DNA from: Eledone cirrhosa
Taxonomy: Eukaryota
Assembly: GCA_964016885.1 (NCBI GenBank)
Contig: OZ024766.1
Span: 10,230,001-10,294,000, forward strand
DNA length: 64,000 nucleotides
Direction: 5' to 3'
This document shows positions 54,741 to 64,000 of the stretch, in pieces (positions within the stretch are counted from its first letter, which is position 1; each line of letters opens with the position of its first letter). The notes below the pieces were generated by a model that worked only from the letters and a program-made list of their open reading frames with translations, was not told where the DNA came from and searched no databases. A program made the translations under genes and the position numbers.

Positions 54741-54944
54741 AATATATATATATATATTTATATATATATATATTTAAATATATATATATATATATATAAA
54801 TATATATATAAATAAATAAATATATATATATATATTTAAATATATATATATATAAATATATATATAAATAAATAAATATATATATATATATTTAAATATA
54901 TATATATATAAATATATATATAAATAAATAAATATATATATACA

Positions 54945-54996
<52 letters not shown>

Positions 54997-55187
54997 AATA
55001 TATATATATATATTTATATATATATATATTTAAATATATATATATATATATATATATTTAAATATATATATATATATATATAAATATATATATAAATAAA
55101 CAAATATATATATATATATATATATATTTAAATATATATATATATATATATAAAAATATATATATATAAAAATATATATATAAATAA

Positions 55188-55226
<39 letters not shown>

Positions 55227-55259
55227 AATATATATATAAATTTTATCTTTCCATTACAG

Positions 55260-55460
55260 GTATCGAAGGGTACACAATGGTACCCTCAGTGCGCGCGTTA
55301 GAGACTCTGCACAACGCTCTGACGCTCAGCGATGTTAACAGTTTCCTTAAGAAGGCCATGTCAATGGGATTCAACACCCCGGCCTCGTCACCACCGAATG
55401 AGGCCTCGGTCCTTTCATCTCAGAGACCTTCGATTACCCCGCTGGGGGTCCTGCATAAAG
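55260..55460 (+). CDS. PPIP5K: 201-bp phase-1 PPIP5K exon ([37 protein letters not shown]...PLGVLHK)
   Basis: ttttatctttccattacAG acceptor and AAG|GTAACG donor. Matches the conserved PPIP5K block [30 protein letters not shown]. Confidence 0.88.
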
Positions 55461-55815
55461 GTAACGTCTGGTGGAGGGGAGAGAGGGCTGGCGTGTGTCT
55501 GTGTATGTAGTTCTGTGTGTGTGTGAGTGTGCTTTAGGTGGGCGTCTGTGTATTGAGTGTGTGTTATATATATATATATATATATAGATATTATATATAT
55601 ATGTGTATATATATGTGTGTGTATATAAATATATATATATATGTGTGTGTATATATATTTATATACACACACACATATATATATATATTTATATACACAC
55701 ACATATATATATTTATATACACATACATATATATATATATATAAAATCAAGGTTTAGCAAATAGAGAAAAAGTTTTAAAATAAATTTTAAAAAGTTTGCT
55801 GTTCTTACTATATGT

Positions 55816-55898
55816 GCCTTTACCGCATCGTTTCAAATCCCCAATAAATAGATAATCCGAGCGGGTTTCCATTGAGAAAGGGACTTTCATCAGAAGGC
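55816..55898 (-). ncRNA. Type-I hammerhead motif
   Basis: gcctt-CTGATGA-aagtccc...gggattt-GAAACgatgcgGTA-aaggc, with a perfect 5-bp stem I. Confidence 0.75.
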
Positions 55899-56189
55899 TT
55901 TTCTCGCTCGGAGAATATAAAATTCCCGAGTTCACATAACAAACTGGCGCCTACAACACTGTTCCCGAATGAGAGTGAATGAGGAAAGAAACAATTTTGT
56001 CTAGTGGCGTGTGTAAAGACAAAAGGCAGGCCAGACAGGTCAATGTCCTGCTACTAGAAATAGCAGCAGTTCAAATGACCAAAAGTTATCTCAATATATA
56101 TATATATATTACATGACCACATTACAGCGTGGACTGTGAGTTTTTTTAATATAAATGTATGTATGTATGTATGTATATATGTATACATA

Positions 56190-56480
56190 TCATCATCATC
56201 ATCATCATCACCGTTTTACGTCCGTTCTTCCACGCTAGCATGGGTTAGACGGGTTGTCCTGTTGTGGGCAGTGTCTGGTCGGCTGACCATGCCTTGCTCA
56301 TACAGGAACTGATCTGGCTTGATTTCTACAGCTGGATGCCCTTCCTAACACCAACCTCATTTACAGTGAGTGCTGGGTGCTTTTTCGTGGCCCCAACACG
56401 TCCACTTTACAGTGTGGGCTGGGTGCTTTTTTGCCGTGGCACCTCCACGACCACCTTGCGGTGGGGGGGGGGGGGGGCAT
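56190..56480 (-). mobile_element. Headless S1-type SINE (alternative tail), inverted partner of 57652-57933
   Basis: Two 49-bp-type units, tail CCCGTCTAACCCATGCTAGCGTGGAAGAACGGACGTAAAA(ATG)n. Confidence 0.85.
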
Positions 56481-56494
56481 ATTGTTTATATGCT

Positions 56495-57385
56495 TCAGCA
56501 TGTACCCATGGGAGGTCGGGTACCCTGTATTACTGCGTGACGCCAGAAGTCACGGTCGTGTGTCATTGACTTTGAGAGGTGTAGTTGGGTAAGGTCGGCT
56601 TTTATCACCTCATCCCAAGTCATCTTGGGTCTCCCCACTCCGCGGTTTCCATCAACTTCTAGTGCTCTGCACCTTTTTATGCAGCTGTCATCCTTCATAC
56701 GCATCACATGTCCATACCAGCGTAACCGCCTCTCCTGCACGCAGCATTTGATTCCTCTTATGCTCAGTCTCTCTCTCAATTCATTTATGCTTTGTCGTTC
56801 ACGTATATTACTGTTACACATCCATCGGAGCATGCAGGCTTCGTTTCTCTCTAATCTACGTAAGTCTTCCACCTTCAGCGCCCAGGTCTCACTACCATGC
56901 AACATCGCTGTTCGGATACACGCATCATACAGTCTGCCTTTCATTCTGAGGGAGAAGCCTTTTGCAGCTAGCAGTGGTAGTAGTTCCCTAAACTTCTTCC
57001 ATCCCGTTCTTACCCTAGTTATTGTACTTTCTGAGCACCCACCTCCGTTGCTAATTCGGTCACCTAGGTAGCAGAAGCTGTCTACTGTTTCTACAGGGCC
57101 CTCCCAGAGATTGGTGGTACTTGTTTCCTGTGGCTGTTTGCTTGCTGTTTCAGCACAGCTGCTGCATGTGAATCCTACATTCTTAATTAAGCTTCCTGAG
57201 ATCCCGCTACATCTCTTGTGTACCCATTGTTTGCATTTGGGGCAAAGAATGGAGTTCCTACCTACACCTTTCCTACATACTGAGCAAGGCCATTTCCCTG
57301 AGGGGATCTGGGTTCTGTTTTCTCGTCTACTTATAAGGACCTTAGTCTTTGTCATGTTGACTTTGAGGCCCTTTCTCTCTAGTCC
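56495..57385 (-). mobile_element. 5'-truncated RTE LINE, 286-aa open C-terminal frame with Cys/His finger
   Basis: KTKVL...WPCSVCRKGVGRNSILCPKCKQWVHKRC...VDSFCYLG...LHGSETW...RRLRWYGHVMR...GRPKMTW. Confidence 0.92.
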
Positions 57386-57393
57386 CTACTATG

Positions 57394-57429
<36 letters not shown>

Positions 57430-57531
57430 AAATTGAGGTTGGTAATGGCACATGGAATATATAAGAGACAGAATACTTTTTTATGAAAAAACATATAATT
57501 TTATAAGGTAAGAAAATAATAAAGGGTATAA

Positions 57532-57579
57532 AAAATGACCGGTTTCGATGGGTCTGCAAAAGCCATCTTTTCAAATGTT
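57532..57579 (-). ncRNA. U3-A8 hammerhead motif with GTC site
   Basis: aacat-TTGAAAA-gatgg/ccatc-GAAACCGGTC-atttt. Confidence 0.7.
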
Positions 57580-57651
57580 GATTAATATTAAGAAAAATTA
57601 ATAATAAGAATAAGTGTAGTAAATTACAGTTTTCATATATATATATATATA

Positions 57652-57933
57652 TATGCCCCCACACCCCCCACCGCAAGGTGGTCGTGGAGGTGCCACGGCA
57701 AAAAAGTACCCAGCCCACACTGTAAAGTGGACGTGTAGGCGCCACGGAAAAGCACCCAGCACTCACTGTAAATTAGGTTGGTGTTAGGAAGGGCATCCAG
57801 CTGTAGAAATCAAGCCAGATCAGTTCCTGTATGAGCAAGGCATGGTCAGCCGACCAGACACTGCCCACAACAGGACTACCCGTCTAACCCATGCTAGCGT
57901 GGAAGAACGGACGTAAAATGGTGATGATGATGA
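57652..57933 (+). mobile_element. Headless S1-type SINE (alternative tail)
   Basis: Near-identical reverse complement of 56190-56480. Confidence 0.85.
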
Positions 57934-58589
57934 TATATATATATATATATATATATAAAATTTCAGGTTATCACCATCGCTTAAAATCTACATTTTCATA
58001 TTATAAATACTACCAGGATTGAACGCCTGTCTCCATCTCCGTTTGATTGTCAAAATACATATTAACATTCTCTATTAGTCTTAATTCTATCAACTCTTCT
58101 ATTATTTACCATTTAATATCCTTACGGGGTCGATAAAATAAAGTACCAGTAATGAACTGAGTAATTGCTGGCCTTGTGCCTAAAGTAGAAACAAATATAA
58201 ACTGCTATAGATAAACTGAGATTTCTGATTTCCTAATTCAATTCCCTAATGCATATACCAGCTGGCTACTAGCATTGATGTTATTCAGTAGCAATCGAAA
58301 TCTCCCCCTTCCCCAATTGACACTTTATAATTAATACTACTACACCAAATGACCAGCCCTGTCCACTGTCCAATGGGTCAAGTATAGATTAAAATAGGCA
58401 CTCCCAAAAATTCTTATTTAGACAAAATAAACCATTTACTCATTGTATTCTCATTAGAAACCCTTTATATACTTGTTTAGCAGTAAATTGAATTACCATC
58501 TGTCATATACTATCCCCTCTCTTCTTCCTCTATTACCACTAATATAAATACTTCAATTTTTCTGATTTTATCCAATTTATCCAAAATCT

Positions 58590-58698
58590 CTGAAGAAGTG
58601 ACAACTGATTATACATTTGCTATCGAATATTTGCTAACACTATATGATTACACAAGCAGCGGTACATAGGTATTCCATCTGTTACAGAAACATATGTC
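58590..58698 (+). ncRNA. Hammerhead-like motif with long stem II
   Basis: CTGAAGA-a-gtgaca...tgttac-a-GAAACATATGTC; stem I is poor. Confidence 0.45.
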
Positions 58699-58747
58699 AA
58701 TACCTAATGAATTCCCTTTTTAAAAAAAGCACTTTCATTTTATATTC

Positions 58748-58813
<66 letters not shown>

Positions 58814-58904
58814 TGTATACATATATACATACATACATACATGCATATATATTAAAAAAACTCACAGTCCACGCTGTAATGTGGCCGTGTAGGTAACATG
58901 GTAA

Positions 58905-59090
58905 AAACCTCCCAGTCCACACTGTAAACGTGGTTGGTGTTAGGAAGGGCATCCAACCGTAGAAAACCTGCCAGACAGTCCTATACGAGCAAGACACGGT
59001 CACCCGACCAACCTTGCCTCAAGTGGCACAACTCCCATCTAACCCATGCTAGCGTGGAAGATGGACGTTAAACTATGATGATGGTGATGA
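58905..59090 (+). mobile_element. Older S1-related SINE 3' half
   Basis: GGTTGGTGTTAGGAAGGGCATCC segment and AACCCATGCTAGCGTGGA..GGACGTTAAA(ATG)n tail. Confidence 0.75.
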
Positions 59091-59265
59091 TATAAGAAAA
59101 GGTTCAGGACCCCGACGGCAGAGCTCAAAACATTTCGACAGGTATTTTTAGTCTAAATTAAATTTTTAGCGTGCACTAAATTAAATTTTGAGCTTTGCCT
59201 TTGTTATATATATATATCCATCCATCCAGGGCTGGTAAAATATATATATATATGTATGTATGTGT

Positions 59266-59770
59266 ATCTCATCTACATCTAAGGCGGGTAAAATTCCCGA
59301 GATCCATGGACGAGTTCTCTCCAGCGGTCTCTGTCCCTCATTATCGCTGCCATGTCCTGCGTCTCCAACAGACCAGTGTCTGTCCTTAGGGCATCAACAT
59401 ATGTTAACCTTGGTCTTCCTCTTCCAGTGTGTCCATGTAGGGGCTCCCACGGGAACACTGAGTGCAGTGTCAACTCTGGATGTCGGTGCACATGTCCAGC
59501 TAACCCAGTGTGTCCATGTAGGGGCTCCCACAGGAGCACTGAGTGCAGTGTCAACTCTGGATGTCGGTGCACATGTCCAGCTAACCCAGTGTGTCCATGT
59601 AGGGACTCCCACAGGAGCACAGTGCAGTGTCAACTCTGGATGTCGGTGAGCATGTCCAGCTAACCTCAGTCTCCTCTGTGTCACTTTTGATTTGACTTTT
59701 GGGAGGCTCCCGTACAGCTCTGAGTTTTTCATCCTCAGTGTATACTGATTAATGTTCAGAGCCATCCTCC
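59266..59770 (-). mobile_element. RTE LINE 3' fragment with 81-bp internal triplication
   Basis: LYGSLPKVKSKVTQRRLRLAGHAHRHPEL...LLWEPLHG...GRPRLTYVDALRTDTG...MRDRDRWR. Repeat starts at 59424, 59505 and 59586. Confidence 0.88.
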
Positions 59771-59827
59771 ATATTCTTCAGAGTTTCCGTCTTGTATCTG
59801 CCGATATTACCTCTTGTTGTTTTGATT

Positions 59828-59865
59828 GCTCTGATGAGTCCTTAATAGGACGAAACATTGTCGGC
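59828..59865 (+). ncRNA. Canonical minimal hammerhead
   Basis: gct-CTGATGA-gtcct taat aggac-GAAACattGTC-ggc, followed by AATAAA and then (TA)n. Confidence 0.8.
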
Positions 59866-60012
59866 TAATAAAAACTTTTGATGTATTAAAGGATTCTTTG
59901 TTTTACTCTCTTAATACATACATATATATAGATATATACATATATATATACATACATATATATATATATACATACACATACATATATACATACATACATG
60001 TATATATATATA

Positions 60013-60620
60013 TGGTGGCTGCCAACTCGTTTTCGAGTACGGCCACTACTTTTTATCCATGTAGGAGAACCCCTACCGATGCGCTGAACGAGTGTGACTT
60101 TTTAGTCCAGCCAGCGACTTGAAAACTCTGGTACAAACACTACACCTGTGACAATTATTGACACAGTGCTGGGCCCATGGTACCATGTGACGACAGGTGC
60201 AGAGAGATCTCCAGATATAAAGCAATGCCTGTGCCGTGAAGCTTTTATAGTGAGCAAAGGCACTGCACAAAGCCAGTCCCACTCTCTTAACCAAGATGAT
60301 ATTTACCAAAAAGAAGAACAAGTCAACATCATTGGATACCATCAGGGTTGCAGGTATTATATCAGAGTTTTCCTTCTCCTAGAATTCTGCCTTGACAAAG
60401 GCTAAGGGGTCATCTCTCCCGGTGATTTTGGATGGCCATTGACTCTTAAGAGCTCCTTTGCTCTTTGACAGGTTTTGTTTTTAGTCCTGCAGGATGTCCA
60501 AAGTCACCCTCCTCACCAAGAAACCTTGGTGGGGTTGCCAGTTTAGTCGCCAACGACCCGACCATGAGACAGGTTGTACTGGGATACATGTTACCAGTAG
60601 CACCAACTGGTGACCTGACA
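60013..60620 (-). mobile_element. Longest S3 (RTE-related / Ceph-SINE-like) copy
   Basis: Adds a 5' segment GGTCGGGTCGTTGGCGACTAAACTGGCAACCCC...AAAACCTGTCAAAG to the 23465-23909 sequence. Confidence 0.7.
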
Positions 60621-60739
60621 TATATATATACACACATATATATATACACACATATATATATACATATATACATACACATATACATACACATATACATACA
60701 CACATATATATGTATATATACTGTTTCTATTCCATACAG

Positions 60740-60915
60740 GTCAAAGTCTATCATCTTCGACAAACTCAAGTGCAGGTCCTTCTTCTCCAACATCCTGTTC
60801 CACCCCGGTTGACCTTTGGCAGAGACTCACCATGTTCATCAGTGACAACCAGAACCTTAACCCCTTGACAGCCACAGCCACCGACCCCTCAGACTTCACC
60901 AAGGACCCTTCATGA
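60740..60915 (+). CDS. PPIP5K: Probable last coding exon of PPIP5K (GQSLSSSTNSSAGPSSPTSCSTPVDLWQRL...TKDPS*)
   Basis: ctattccatacAG acceptor, phase-1 continuation of 55260-55460. Contains SSAGPSSPT as in vertebrate PPIP5K and is open to TGA at 60913-60915. Confidence 0.78.
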
Positions 60916-60949
60916 TGATTTTGTGACCCCCCCCCGAGTTTGAACTGGG

Positions 60950-60990
<41 letters not shown>

Positions 60991-61435
60991 TTATATATAA
61001 AAACTTTATATATGTATATATATGTATATATATATATATAAACATTATATATGTATATATATATATATAAACATTATATATGTATATATATGTATATATA
61101 TATATATAAACATTATATATGTATATATATATATATAAACATATATGTATATATATGTATATATATATATATAAATATTATATATGTATATATATATATA
61201 TATATAAACATTATATATGTATATATATGTATATATATATATATAAACATTATATATGTATATATATATATATAAACATTATATATGTATATATATGTAT
61301 ATATATATATATAAATATTATATATGTATATATATATATATATATAAACATTATATATGTATATATATGTATATATATATATATAAACATTATATATGTA
61401 TATATATATATATAAACATTATATATGTATATATA

Positions 61436-61482
<47 letters not shown>

Positions 61483-61573
61483 ACATTATATATGTAATTT
61501 TATAGTGTATATATATTATGCATATATATATTACCTATATATAAAAAGTATATATATATTACCTTTATATAAA

Positions 61574-61624
<51 letters not shown>

Positions 61625-61626
<2 letters not shown>

Positions 61627-62004
61627 TATTAAGACAGGGGGGAAGAAAAAATGGCTTCACTTGTGCTTTCAACAAATTTATTTTCTTCACAAAATCCAAA
61701 AAGAATTTTTCTTAAAAAAATTTATTTTATAAATTAAGTTGTTGGTTGTTGGTTAGGTCTTAGGAGTTCTTGGTTAACGTAGGAGGTATTGTTTCGTTTT
61801 TAGAAAGACCTTTCATGTTAACCAAGAACTCCTAAGACCTAACCAACAACCAACAACTTAATTTATAAAATAAATTTTTTTAAGAAAAATTCTTTTTGGA
61901 TTTTGTGAAGAAAATAAATTTGTTGAAAGCACAAGTGAAGCCATTTTTTTCTTCCCCCCTGTCTTAATATACCTAACTGTACCAAGGATTACACACATTT
62001 TCCA
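61625..62004. repeat. Palindrome with ~153-bp perfect arms plus short 3' extension, between (TA)n tracts
   Basis: 61625-61778 vs 61817-61971. Confidence 0.9.
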
Positions 62005-62147
62005 ATATATAAATATATATATATATATCTATATATCTATATATCTATATATATATGTATATCTATCTATATATATATATATATGTATATCTATCTATAT
62101 ATATATATGAATATCTATCTATATATATATATATGTATATATATATG

Positions 62148-62183
<36 letters not shown>

Positions 62184-62232
62184 AATATATATATATATAA
62201 AGGTTTTATATATATATGTATATATATAAAGG

Positions 62233-62274
<42 letters not shown>

Positions 62275-62600
62275 GTTATATATATATATATGTATATATA
62301 TATAGGTTATATATATATATAAAGGTTATATATATATGTATATATATATAGGTTATATATATATATGTATATATATATAGGTTATATATATATATGTATA
62401 TATATATGTATATATATAAAGGTTATATATATATATGTATATATATATAGGTTATATATATATAAAGGTTATATATATATGTATATATATATAGGTTATA
62501 TATATATATGTATATATATAAAGGTTATATATATATATGTATATATATATAGGTTATATATATATAAAGGTTTTATATATATAGGTTATATATATAAAGG

Positions 62601-62654
<54 letters not shown>

Positions 62655-62967
62655 AGTGTATATATGGTTCAGTGAATCACCAGATGGTGGTACAATATAA
62701 GTCACAGATCACAGAAGGATCCAAATACAAGTGTTTACTACTTGTAGATGACTGGAACTTGGACTCATTGACCTTGACAAACTTTCTTAAGTGATACACA
62801 TGTAAGTGTAATGTCATTGTTTGACATCTAATGTCACCATAGACCTTTCTATTGCTCTCTCTCTCTCTCTCTCTTCCTATTCCCCACTCTACTACCCAAA
62901 GTAATGAGTCCTATGGTGCTTTATGACTCACTAGTATTTTACCACACCCTATCTGATATAAGTTATA

Positions 62968-63003
<36 letters not shown>

Positions 63004-63043
63004 TGTATATATATATATATGTATGTGTATGTATGTGTGTATG

Positions 63044-63078
<35 letters not shown>

Positions 63079-63254
63079 ATTTATTTATTATTATTATTAT
63101 TATTTTATTTTATTTTATTTTACTATTATTTTATTTTTTATTTTATTTTTATTTTATTTTTTTTTTCTTCTCGTGCAATGGCCATACTCGATAACGAGGG
63201 GGCAGCCATCATGTATGTATGTATGTATGTATGTATGTATGTATGTATGTATGT

Positions 63255-63727
63255 AGTGTTTGTACCAGAGTTTTCAAGTCGCTGGCTGGACTACAAAGTC
63301 ACACTCGTTCAGCGCATTGGTAGGGGTTCTCCTACATGGATATAAAGTAGTGGCTGTACTCAAAAACGAGTTGGCAGCCACCCTGTATGTATGTATGTAT
63401 GTATGTATGATGTTGACTTGTTCTTCTTTTTGGTAAATATCATCTTGGTTAAGAGAGTGGGACTGGCTTTGTGCAGTGCCTTTGCTCACTATAAAAGCTT
63501 CACGGCACAGCCATTGCTTTATATCTGGAGATCTCTCTGCACTTGTCGTCACATGGTACCATGGGCCCAGCACTATGTGTCAATAATTGTCACAAGTGTA
63601 GTGTTTGTACCAGAGTTCTCAAGTCGCTGGCTGGACTAAAAGGTCACATTCGTTCAGCGCATCGGTAGGGGTTCTCCTACATGGATATAAAGTAGTGGCC
63701 GTACTCGAAAACGAGTTGGCAGCCACC

Positions 63728-63729
<2 letters not shown>
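63255..63729 (+). mobile_element. Two tandem 3' fragments of S3
   Basis: 63255-63382 and 63408-63729 match the S3 tail and are separated by (TATG)n. Confidence 0.8.
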
Positions 63730-63763
<34 letters not shown>

Positions 63764-63771
63764 ATATATAC

Positions 63772-63805
<34 letters not shown>

Positions 63806-64000
63806 GTGTGTGTATATATATACATATATATGTATGTATGTATGTATATATATATGTATGTGTGTGTATATATACATATATACGTCCAAACCCATGCAAG
63901 ACGTTAAACGATGATGATGATATATCTATGTATGTATGTATGTGTGTGTGTATATATACATATATATGTATGTGTGTATGTATGTATATATATATATGTA

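Overview
Eukaryotic, very AT-rich, (TA)n-microsatellite-laden DNA. The SINE families and repeat style suggest an octopod cephalopod (inference). The window appears to be the 3' part of a PPIP5K/Vip1 (diphosphoinositol-pentakisphosphate kinase) gene on the + strand. Short phase-1 exons lie at ~6.8 kb (tentative), 12.1, 25.3, 36.7 and 55.3 kb, with a stop-containing exon at 60.7 kb; three of them carry recognisable PPIP5K C-terminal motifs. The introns are a mosaic of tRNA-derived SINEs, truncated CR1, RTE and CRE LINEs, a TTAA MITE, and about ten tandem arrays, most traceable to a piece of a transposon in this window. The most striking unexplained structure is a set of >12 long inverted repeats embedded in (TA)n tracts plus ~20 type-I hammerhead ribozyme motifs of the Penelope-element kind. 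Several unrelated families use a covariant U3-A8 core (UUGANAA instead of CUGANGA). Nearly all ORFs in the supplied track are repeat artefacts. All calls were made by eye; coordinates of repeats are approximate.
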